This document shows, in pieces, positions 52,883 to 64,000 of a stretch of DNA of 64,000 bases. The translations under genes were made by a program, and so were the position numbers. The stretch spans positions 3,764,646 to 3,828,645 of the forward strand of contig NW_019091355.1 in assembly GCF_001949145.1 (NCBI RefSeq), read 5' to 3'. Source of the DNA: Acanthaster planci. Lineage: Eukaryota. The notes beneath the pieces are model-generated. The model did not search any database, was not told where the DNA came from, and saw nothing but the letters and a program-made list of their open reading frames with translations. Each line of letters starts with the position of its first letter. Position 1 is the stretch's first letter.

Positions 52883-52990
52883 CTTCTTGATCATGTTGGT
52901 CCTGTGGTGGAATTCAATCTTGATGTCGCCACAGACCGGCACAGGCTGGGGAAGGCTGAATTCTTTCCTTTTGACGCCTCGTTTCACGCT
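52883..52990 (-). CDS. PTEN: PTEN-B exon 7 (SVKRGVKRKEFSLPQPVPVCGDIKIEFHHRTNMIKK)
   Basis: CAG acceptor 52993-52991, GTTAGA donor at 52882; PQPVPVCGDIK motif. Confidence 0.92.
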
Positions 52991-53773
52991 CTGCCGCAAA
53001 GACAGAAGGGGGGAGAAAAACCAATCTGTCAGGCCGAATTCCTTCAAAGGGAACCCCTCAGGATGTGTGGGCACGTTCAGTATGAGGGTACTGGGGAAGT
53101 CACGACTGCTAGCATTTCTTCAAAAAACCATCTGTTTGAGTCTGTTTTCTTGAAAAAACCAAACTATTGAAAGGGCTTGTATTTGAATTTTGAGCCGCCT
53201 TTAGTCAACTGCTTTTGTAGGAGGGTAAAGACACATGTCACTATTCAAATACTTATTTTTGGAGGAGAGATGTTAAGCAGCCACCTACACCCGGACAAAC
53301 ACAAGTTGAGGATTTCAAATGGAAATGATATGACTCGTGGGCAGAGACGGAGATGAACTGAGCGTGCTAACATGTATTCCCCCCGGCTAGTTTACCCTTG
53401 CGGTCAACCGTTGCACCTGTGCCTCGAAAGGCCGGGCCTATCCATTTCACCGGCCGCCCACGCACATGTAAACCCAGACTGGCCGGGGACCGACGCAACA
53501 ATATCTCGGAATTGTACGAGCTGAGTGGCATTGTTTGGCTCATGATGCTCTTGAGTTTACAGTTTGTGATATTTCACGAGGGATTTTTTCCCTCTGATCT
53601 GTGAAAGATTCAGACCAAAAAAAGCGGCAAATGGCCACAGGTCTTGCTCTTCTCACATTTGAATCTATTCCGCTGGCTGGAAAGCTGTGAATTAAGGAGG
53701 TGCCTATTTCGCCAAGGAACACCTCACAATCTACACAGCTGAGCTCGGTTAAAAATACAATTGACTTGCACGC

Positions 53774-53856
53774 TGGGTCGCGGGGGAGGGGTGGAACGTT
53801 GGTTTTCATTTTGTCATTTGGGTCGGGGGGGTGGAACGTTGGTTTTCATTTTGTCA
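53774..53856 (+). repeat. Short tandem duplication
   Basis: GGGTGGAACGTTGGTTTTCATTTTGTCA occurs twice. Confidence 0.9.
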
Positions 53857-54609
53857 AGACAGGATGGCGGGCATTGCCATCAAAGCAATGGCTGTGGAGA
53901 CTACTGGTTGACAACCTAGTACTTGCACATGTAAATTCCACTGATAAAATTGTTCTTGTTCTGAGCCAAAGAACTATCACAGTAAACTTACTAAGCAGCA
54001 ATAACGACAACCCTAGAAAGGCGCTAAGCAAGTTTTGGCACTCACAAGCACCCCTTACTTCCATTTTCCCCCATTCACTATATTTCAGTCCCTGCACTGG
54101 ACTCTTTCTGACATTTTCAGTGCATCCTTATTGGTTTGTAGAGGCTGAAAACAATTTCCCTATTCACAGTCCAAAATATACCCCCCAGAATCGCACAAAT
54201 TCGTCCGGATCCACTAAGCAGGCGCGACTGCTTGCAAGCTCAATGCTACGCCAATACAATACTCAATGGCAATACAAAGACCGTGCCAGTTCTTCATTAT
54301 CACAGTGTTCTTCCTCCAAAAGTCTGGACATGGTGTGATGCTGGAGCAGACTCGTTAAGGCCTGCTGGGGCAAGGGCAGCCCTTTATACCCCTCAAAACA
54401 TGATCTGTGACCTGTGCTAGTGCTGTGCGATATTTCGAAGTGAGGTACCCGAGGAGACACCAGAGAGGGGTGAGGAATCCAGTGGGAGGGTGGTGGGGGG
54501 GGGGGGAGCATGCTCCTGTAATTATGCAACTGGTGGCATCCCAGCGGGGATGTGAACCTCAGCCTCTGCTGTTTTAGGGGGCAAGTGGTGCCTCAATGCC
54601 CAGTCTTAC

Positions 54610-54810
54610 CTCGTAGGTGGGCGAAGTGAAGATCTTGACCTTCTGCTGGTAGATGGTGAAGGAAGGTGTGAACGTCCCTCCGCTGATGATGGGTATCGTC
54701 TCCAGGTGGATCTTCCTCAGCAGTAGCGTTGTGGGCTTGTACTCCAGCTCTTGGTTGATGAGCTGACCGTAGTACTCCACGTATCTCTTCTGCGACGGTA
54801 TCGTGACACC
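54610..54810 (-). CDS. PTEN: PTEN-B exon 6 ([14 protein letters not shown]...KIFTSPTYE)
   Basis: TTTTGCAG acceptor, GTAAGA donor; 201 nt. Confidence 0.95.
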
Positions 54811-55306
54811 CTGCAAAATAAAGTGTATATTTATTCATTTATTCCGTTTCTTTACCCAGGGTATGCCCAAACAGTTACAAACTGGGTTTCCATTGGGGCC
54901 CTGCGACCATTACAAATTAATAAAATTGTTAGAAACTCACGACGAAAAGTAAAATTGACAAATACGACAAACATTCATATTTACAAATACGGACCACTAA
55001 AATATCATACATATGTGAACATAGAAATAATCAAGGCATTAATTAAATACCGATCACGGGATGGCCGAAAACCCTGAAAAAAACGTTGCTGCCAACTGTA
55101 GCCTTAGCCCACAGAAAGACCCTGAACGGTAATGTGAACAAATATCCGTCTTTTTGCCCCTCCCCAAACCAAACTTGGCCCTAAAAACTTGGTTCTGGAT
55201 CCTCTCTTGATTAGGGTTGACATTAGCAACGGATGACTCGGCTTTTGGTGTAACGCTTACTTCCCCAGCTCTATCCTGACACACCTGCTATTCAGGCACC
55301 CCATAC

Positions 55307-55414
55307 CTTGCCATTCATAGTCCTTGCTGATGCGTAATGCTGATGAGCCTCCTCGGCCGTTTTGTACAATCCCCGGTGTAGCATGTAGGCACAGATCATC
55401 ACGCCCGTCCGGCC
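55307..55414 (-). CDS. PTEN: PTEN-B exon 5 ([36 protein letters not shown])
   Basis: CCAG acceptor, GTATGG donor; 108 nt. Confidence 0.95.
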
Positions 55415-56844
55415 CTGGACCAAAGAGACCCCCCAACAAGAGCTGGTAACTTTTTCTCAAGCTGCGCGAGGGCAGTTTGGGAATGGGAGAGAACTAAAGA
55501 GTAGGCTGGCCGTTCATGATAATTCTTTACACTCTGTTGTCTCTGAACATTGTTCAAGATGGTCTTGAACCAAGACGATATTCCCTCCCTCCCATAAGAT
55601 ATTTATTTTCTTCTGACCGTTTAGCAACATTTAGAAGGAGCAGCCTTCATTGCATTTTCAATCATAGCTGTGTATGTTTTCAGACCAAAACAGCACATGT
55701 TATGCTTGCTTCGTCATTTCAGAGAGTCAGGATTTAAACATGTCATTTCATCATCTCTTGTTTGTGGAGCGTAGTTTGCCAAATCCTGGTTGTCGCCCCT
55801 CCCCCCCAAAAAAACGTGGCAAACGAAAGTTCTACACTTCAAGAACGACAAAAATTGATCACCACCAGGCTGTCTGTTCAGCACCGGAATATCAGTTTTT
55901 AAGGAAGTGACCTGATTCAACCGAACCAGACGGTCTTGCAGGCTACCGGCCAAAACAACAAGCACTGTCTTCTTCTGTACTGCGCACAGTTGCTTTTGAA
56001 AAAGGAGTTTCTATTCCCATGTCTTCCACATGAAAACACTTTAAAAATAGGCCTGCAATCCCGTTGGCCCCTTTGCCATTTATGCCGGGGCCACCTGCTT
56101 TATGTGTGACCATGTCGCAGCGGTAACGAGTTTAGCAATTAGACTCCAGAGACCTACGGTATGAATTCTGTCTGCATCTCTAGGTCGTATGGAACTCATT
56201 AAACAGTGGGGGGGGGGTTAAGTAACAAAGAAAAGCCAGAAAACAGACACTATCATGCAAAAACCTTATTTGCATAGAATACAAGGCTAAGGGTCATAAG
56301 TTAACCAGTTCACATTGGTGTATTTGCTTTGTATCCCCCCTGAGCTGAAGTGCACCCCCAATCAGCGAAAGAAAGACAGGTGGTTACAAGCGGGTTCTTG
56401 CACGCGTTCTGTGTGTATGCAAAGACCATACATGCCGGAATAAATTAGTTGCGTGAACTCTGCTTGCTCTGCGTGAAACGTGCATATACTTGCAAGCCTC
56501 ATGATGCATCTATACGGTGAGTACCAAAAAAAATCCCACGCCCTCTTTTGTTCCGCTCGGAACGGATTACTGCAGATTAACCTGATTACCATGGTAACGC
56601 TATCACCGGTCATTTGCAGTGGCCCCCATCAATGCTCTTATGCATGATGATGATTTTATATGCGGAGCTACTGTTTCCTGACAGTTGCCCTACACAAATC
56701 CCAACTGGATGCTCTCCGCCATTGAACAGGGCCGTCGGGAATGTCCGGGAAAACGTCACCGCATTTGTCTATATACACGCAGGTGATAGCATTGTTGCAT
56801 TGGTTAATGTGGAAAACGTTTTGTTGGAACGAGGGGGGGGGTCA

Positions 56845-57183
<339 letters not shown>

Positions 57184-58606
57184 TCAGGTTTTCTTTAGAA
57201 AACAGTGAAATCAGTGGCACATATTATATTCCTTAAATCTTTGATTATCCATTGTTACATCGCAACAACCTATGACAGACTGTTATCCCGTTTCCCCTCA
57301 AAAAAAAACTCAACTGTTATGCCTGAAATATTTTATACATGTACATCTTAGGGTCAGGAGTAAAGCAATTCCAACAACAGCACAGGGTCTTCATTAATCA
57401 AAAATGAATAAATTAACCATGTGAAGGGATTTCTGAGATCACATCAGATTTATTTCACAAACCTTTAATTTACTGCTGAATAAGCCTTGAGATTTCCATC
57501 TAGTAGCTTTAGGTATGGGCCCAGATATCGCCAAGGGGTATCAGTTTCACAAATTTTACGATGGGAGGGGGTGTTTAAAGACAGTTTTTAACATTCTCCT
57601 TGGAAAGGACAGGCAGATCTGTGTATTTTAATCCTACATGCAGATATAACCATGTATCTAAGACACGCATGCACAAATATAAAATCCTCATTACCAGACT
57701 TCAAAATCACGAGGAAATTAAAATTTTTGGCTATCACACTGTGCCCCATGCCACCTGCATGTACTGTCATCCGATTTACCATGTTTGGGCAATAAAAACT
57801 ACAAGCTTCTCTCCTCCCAAAAAACCCTGGGGGACAGACGAAACAAATCCTGCCTACGACAATGTGACCATGGCAACCCTTCATCTAGCATCCCCACCAG
57901 AAATACGAACACTTGTCAGATCCAAAAATAGCCCTGATCAGAGGGACTAGAAATATTCTCCCTTTTTGTGTTGGAGGTAAACCCTACTTTGCCAATCAGA
58001 AGCCAGGTTCAATTGAGTGCTTCATCGCCCACTTGTCACTGAGGACATTGGGTCTGAGGACCCAATCCCTTTGCTTCCCTTGTGATCCTGCTCTTCCTGT
58101 CATCTGAACTTTGTTTACAGAGAGGGAAAAGTTCTCAGAACACCCACTCTTTCCTGGTTTCATCCACCCAGCAATTCCATCTCTGTTCTGAATACAAGAT
58201 TGCCACAGCTATGGACAGGCAGTGAACATTTTGCTCCCCGAACCTATTTTGTTTTGTGTTGGTTTTTGATTTTTTTAATTACATGTACTTCTATTTTACA
58301 TCAACTGGAAAGTTTTTGTTTCCTCCTGAACCAGAACTGTGCTGGTATTAACATAAATCATTTGAATTTTTTGGGGAGGGGGGGGGTTGAAATGCACATC
58401 AAACAGAGCCAATACTTTCCTACATGTACCAATCTCTGGAAGTTGGAACTCCAAAAATGTGCTGGATAAATTGCTTTGACAGAAGCCAGAAGATGTCTGT
58501 GGTCTAATAATCACAGTACTCTGCTTTTCTACTTTGCAGAAAAAATGCCCTTCACAAGTGTGAAAAGTGAAAAGTGTTACTATAAAATTTCAAATAATTT
58601 ACTTAC

Positions 58607-58651
58607 AAATTGTACACTTTGTAATGTTCACCATGTCTCTCTTCCAAAAAT
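58607..58651 (-). CDS. PTEN: PTEN-B exon 3 (FLEERHGEHYKVYNL)
   Basis: TTTTTCAG acceptor, GTAAGT donor; 45 nt. Confidence 0.95.
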
Positions 58652-59510
58652 CTGAAAAAGAATTACAGAATTAATGAAAATAGACTGGTCAAGTGCCATT
58701 TCTTTTCGATGAGTTATCCTGTTATCCTTTATCCTTTTTTATCCAGAAAAGAAACCGCGCAAATTCAACTTCAGGGCATTAATTGGAATTGATATGCTCA
58801 TTTTCTAGTATCACTACTGAAAAATGTTTTGACACAGTCTGGCACAATTTCAAGCATTTAGGAATCTGAAAGATGTCCTGACACACATGTAATTCTGCAT
58901 ACACCAGTTCCCTTGACTCTGTTCAATTTCATTGGTTGTTAACAATCTCACTGTCAAACAGGAGAACCAAGATAAAGATAAACTAAGAATGATGACACAA
59001 GTTCCCAAGAGATATTTTGCATGAGAATGGCCACCTCTACATGTGTATTTTCATGATTGGCTTGAGGTCACTAGGGCCTTACGACATACATGTACATCAA
59101 AGGGGCACAATTGCTGTTCACGCTATTTGATGCAATGCAGAAATGCACTGAAATTCCCGGCTGGCCAACGCATGAGTACATAAACCTCTCACTGAGTCAA
59201 ATTTCAGGGGAATGGATTAAAAACAAATTGGGGGTAAACAAATTTCAAGTTTAACATTTCTCTTTATTGCAAAAGTTAGTTTCTTTTACTTTTTTATTTT
59301 ATACTGCAGGAGGCAAGGGGAGTGGGTTAAATTTGCCTTTTAATTTTCCAAAGAATATCTTCTTCAGATTTTTCTCACCACAGGAAAGAGGTTAATTCCT
59401 TCTGTAAATGTTCCTGCAAAATTAGTCACCTTGAACAGAAATGGACAGCCCCCCTAAAAGTGGGTACTGAACTGAGCCTATGATCTTGGTAAGGCTTGTG
59501 TCAACACTCA

Positions 59511-59684
<174 letters not shown>

Positions 59685-60369
59685 TCACCTTAGTCATGCG
59701 GTTGAGTGCTTAAGCTAATGCACATTTCACAAATGGGAAATTTACCAACCAATACAAGTTGACTGTGTGCTTTCCAACGTCCAAATTGTTGTGCTCTAAT
59801 TTTGCAAGCAGCATTGTTACATTTACATCACACTGCAGAAGAAATGTGTAGCGGGTGCTTGTCGGCTGCAACATGCCACTTGACCTTTGACATCACGACA
59901 GAATATTTCCGTATTTATTGTCACTTTTTCTGGGGGGTAATTGACATCATTTGCTAAAATGTGTCAATGAATGAATTTCAGACTGTGCAACAATGCACAT
60001 GTAACAAAGTTTCCTTTTGGTGATGATGCTGACGGAAATGTTTTCTCCATTGGCGTGGGAGACCGGTTGTTTTCTGGAGATGAAGCATTAAAATCACAAA
60101 CCGTGGCACTCCGATTTCCACAATGTACTATCAGACGAAACCATCAGTGGAATTCGAAAACCACCGAGGGACCAACCTGACACCAAGCGCCGGAGCTGAC
60201 TCCCACGCCTGCTCTCTAACCGCTGATATTTGACACCAGAGTGCACATGCTGGCGGCCCAGGCTTGCACTTTAATTAGTTACTTGTGGTTACTTGAGAAA
60301 ATATTGACAAGGGAGGTTGTTACTATCTGTACAACCCAGTGGTTCTGTTTAGTACATGAACATGTACGT

Positions 60370-60629
60370 GGGTCATTCCCTGAAGTTCGGGCAGAGTTTG
60401 TGATGGCGCCCCTTGTTACATCAGTGGAAATAAACATCTTTTTTCCCTGCACGTGGATTCTAAATTGACATTGTTCTAAATCTTGCTAGGTTCTTGTAGT
60501 GGTGTGCTTCATCTTTGCTGAATAATATGAATTAATCTGTTGTAATGTGAAAATAAAGGGCAATAAAAGTTATCGATGTAACAAGGGACGCCGTCACAAA
60601 CTGTGCCCGATCTTTTCATGGAATGACCC
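60370..60629. mobile_element. MITE with about 50-bp TIRs and GGG...CCC termini
   Basis: GGGTCATTCC..CGGGCAGAGTTTGTGATGGCGCCCCTTGTTACATC vs GATGTAACAAGGGACGCCGTCACAAACTGTGCCCG..GGAATGACCC. Confidence 0.85.
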
Positions 60630-61989
60630 ATGTACAATGCCCCAAGGACTGGGGTTAAGAAGTTTGTTATGCGTACATGTCGTTACTGGTATGTTTACCA
60701 CCTGCAAATACACGTATCAGCAGACTCCAATTTCCCTTGTCTGTAACATTTCCCAACATTATGCAGTCGAGGTTTCATCACATCTCACGACTGCAACGAC
60801 AGTGCACATGTAGAGTATGTGTGTTTTGTGTAGAGTACGTGTGTTTATGAAAATGTTTCTGAAATTTTTCACAAGATATTGTTGCCTGGTCCATGTTTCA
60901 ACATGTACTGTTCACTGATGGTGCACATTTGTAATCACAAAACTGCCACTGGGAAATGATACAATGCACATGGTAATGAATGGAAAGGCTGTAGGGACAA
61001 AAAAAAAATGAACATAATTTCCAAGAAATTGGAACAATGTAACCCTGCAGCTAGCTGCTTGACCCTGACCCCTCGCACCCACCCTGCTGGGTTTTTGCAC
61101 TCAGAAAAAAAAAAAGAGAGAGCGAGAGCAAGAGACACCATTTTGATAAAAGAGCCCTTCTTGTCTACCTCTCTGTGTGAGAGGAGAGACCCAGGATGCC
61201 CTTGAACTGCCAGGGTGCATTAGGGACCTCAGCAGGTGAGGTAAGAGGGAAGTGATGACAGGCTTGGGGTAGGTTGGGTTTCAGCTCTGGAGGTGAGGTG
61301 TGCAGTGGTGCATTTTCAAAAAGGCTGATGTAGACACATCCATGTAACCTTCCATGGAACAGGCATGGCATGTACCGGTACATGTACGTGCATGTAATCA
61401 GTGAATAAAAAACATCAGTCCGAAAAATTGTACATGTTATTCAACTCATAGACAACAAAAACATCTTCAGCGTACGATACATTGCCATGTGCCTGAAAGA
61501 AGGGCGTCAGCACTTACGCCCTTTTGCTAGGAAGCATGATCACTGCAAGAACATCTTTCCCGGCAAAACGACATATGTATGCCACTGTTTCATTTAAATG
61601 AAACATAAAGATTTCTTTGCAAACAGTTAAAAAAAAAATTTCCCAAGTCATTTAATAAGCTGTTCAAAGGTTGGTTTTTGCACAGCCTGTGTTGATTTTG
61701 TAGTAAATTTTATCCGTTTTTACTAAATAAAGAGAGTGTGTTTCTTGGGCCCTTTGCCGGGAACATTTTTTCAGTTGAGATCGTGCTTTTCGGCAAAAGG
61801 GCATAAGTGCACTTACAACCTTTTGCCGGGCACACGACGACATGTACTTTCTGTTCCCCTTTCTTTTGTCTTCATGACAAAATTTGTACATAAATGAGAT
61901 GTCTCTCATTTTTAATTCGGCATCAGGCTGGGACAACTCGAAAGCCTTTGAACTTTGTTTCGAGGGAGCCTTTAGGTCAAAAGAAAAAA

Positions 61990-62183
61990 ACTGTAGAGGA
62001 AAAAACCCACTCAGGTGTTATGAGGGAGAGCCCACAGAATCCGATAGGGACTGAAAACCCTTATTATACACACATGCGGACCGAGGCAGGATTTGAATGT
62101 GGGTCTCAGGTGAAAGGTGAGTTCAACAGGTATGGGCCAACATCACGTACATGTGCGCGCCACTGCGCCAACCTGACTTCCTG
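61990..62183 (-). mobile_element. Degenerate tRNA-derived SINE (V-SINE-like body)
   Basis: Minus strand TGGCGCAGTGG (box A), ATTCAAATCC (box B-like), then GTGGGCTCTCCC..GTGGGTTTTTTCCTC. Confidence 0.55.
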
Positions 62184-63023
62184 AAAATTTTGCACCAGAT
62201 CTCTTTGGTGAAAATAAGTTACTGCTGCATGCGTGTTGTGCATGTACATGTATATCGTCAATCGATGTCAATGAACCACATCTACTAGGAAATGTGCGTC
62301 ACCAATGATGTCAAATTATCCATTGCTTCCCTGTTATAAATGCACGCAATAATGAGTCACGAAAATATTGTGTAAACTTTTTCAGCTGTTTTTGAGAAGA
62401 CTTTCAGAAACCGAAAAAACTCTCTTTTTGATCTGTATCTGTTTTGAAGGCCCTTGAAGTAGATACATACATGTACCCTTCATGTACATTTACAGCATAT
62501 AAATGAACATGCAGCATGTAATTTGCTTCAGACGTACAGGTACGTGTACATTGTAAATTGGTGGAATTTGCAATACTTCAAAGGATACTTTTTCTAAGGT
62601 ACATGTACAGGTATAACCATGTTTGCCTATTAAGATGAAAGTACCGTGCGATTTATGTGTATTAACAATGCACAAGCACAAGTGACTGTGCATATTCCTT
62701 GTAACTGGTACACGGTAGGCCAACATGCCTATGGGGATCAAGTTCACTGTTTTGTCAATACGCCACACACGCACGTAAACAAAAACTTTCAACAGGGTTT
62801 ACATGCATGTGCCCTGTGGTGTGTTTTCTTTGTTCTCGTGTACAAAACTCCCACACAACAAGCACAAATTTTCAAATCACTCCCATCTGAACCAGATTCA
62901 CTTTCCTACTTTGGAAATTCGACCCAACGTCCCTCATTTAAAATACTTCATTATGTGACAGATGAACGGCACTTGAAAATTCCTCCTATTTGAGTAAATT
63001 TGAAATATCTATTTCGTGAAATT

Positions 63024-63108
63024 CTTGTGGGGTACCACTTTTCGTACCCCACAAGGTCAAAACTGGACTTGTGGGATACCTTCCATTGTTTCAGTGCCCC
63101 ACAAGTCC
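63024..63108. repeat. Two tandem related hairpins
   Basis: CTTGTGGGGTAC-8nt-GTACCCCACAAG, then GGACTTGTGGGATAC...GTGCCCCACAAGTCC. Confidence 0.8.
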
Positions 63109-64000
63109 CTCTATACATGTTCCCTGTATGATGCAAACTTTATACAGGACGTCTATTATAGAATGGGAAGTATATTGGCACACACATGTACATGTATATT
63201 GTACATGTACACGTACTACCAGGACACACGTATTTTGTGCTTCTTCACATGTATTACGTGAAATCCTCTAACTGTGCCACAATATCCTGTGAAGACATCA
63301 GCAAAAGGAAGCAATGCTGGGCTCACATGACTCCCCCCTGCGGATCTCTGGTTTAGATTCTGGGATTCGGTTTCGGTCGGGGGTCAGGGTGAAGAAGGGT
63401 TGGATCTTCCACCTGCCCTGTGAAGCCGGGAGAGTAGTGTTGCACATGCTGGATCACTTTACAGATATTGGCACAGAAATTTTTGCGGTCACTATCTTTT
63501 GACAAAAAAGTTTATCGGTTCATCGTGGCTCAGACATGAATCGACAAGGGTGGACGTATGCAGGAACGCATGCATACACATTTACAATACATGAACGTGT
63601 AATGTGACCGCCTGCCGTCAGAGTTTATCACAATCGAGTGCACTGCACTAACATTATCTGGGAAAAATCAACCTACATGTATTTACACCAATATTTCACA
63701 GAACCTATTAGGGGAGGGGTGTTGAATGCTTTCAGGGCATTGCTGCTTCTTTATCAAAGGTTACAGGCTTCAGATGACAAATAAATGTGTACTGTACCCT
63801 GCATACATCTCTTTGAAGTCAATTTCTGCTACACGGGCTCACTTTCATGTAAGATGCAATTTGTTGCTATTTCTTGTGAATTCTGCCTGAAGTTGCCTAA
63901 TAGCCAAGTCTACAGTGCCTGTACCATCCTATGGCAAATGTTACGTTACCGGGGCAATTCTGTCACCCTTGGATACCGGTGATAATCAGCCCTGACCAAA

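Noticed and set aside
53700..54338. 212-aa plus-strand ORF (also 7260-7787, 28650-29267, 39274-39753, 56614-57087)
   Set aside because: No recognisable domain; intronic, intergenic or antisense to GC3-rich exons.
63968..63976. GTATCC near the window end as the PTEN-B exon 1 donor
   Set aside because: It continues GTATCCAA and the upstream sequence does not encode DLDLT.

Overview
Animal genomic DNA (AT-rich, TACATGTA-rich introns, three N gaps; looks invertebrate, species not determinable). It holds two PTEN-family genes in head-to-tail tandem, both on the minus strand. Left copy ('PTEN-A'): ATG at 37299 and coding exons 1-7 down to 216, with the 3' end running off the window. Right copy ('PTEN-B'): exons 2-9 at 59596-49831, ending in a phospho-tail and PDZ motif (-VTHV); exon 1 lies beyond 64000. 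The paralogs share every intron position and phase that can be compared, including a U12-type (minor spliceosome) intron 1 and an intron splitting the catalytic P-loop. They are only about 60% identical in protein (hand count 145/240), so this is an old duplication, not a haplotype artefact. PTEN-B is closer to human PTEN. PTEN-A keeps the catalytic residues but naturally carries Leu at the position of human Tyr138 (Y138L is the lipid-phosphatase-only mutant), plus changes in the PIP2-binding motif and CBR3 loop. The rest is introns and a CpG-rich spacer with many non-autonomous elements: TTAA-flanked, hAT-like and Academ-like MITEs, fold-back elements, two tRNA-derived SINEs and a Penelope-like palindrome. 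All exon calls and alignments were done by eye; comparisons to human PTEN and TE superfamilies are from memory, not database searches.
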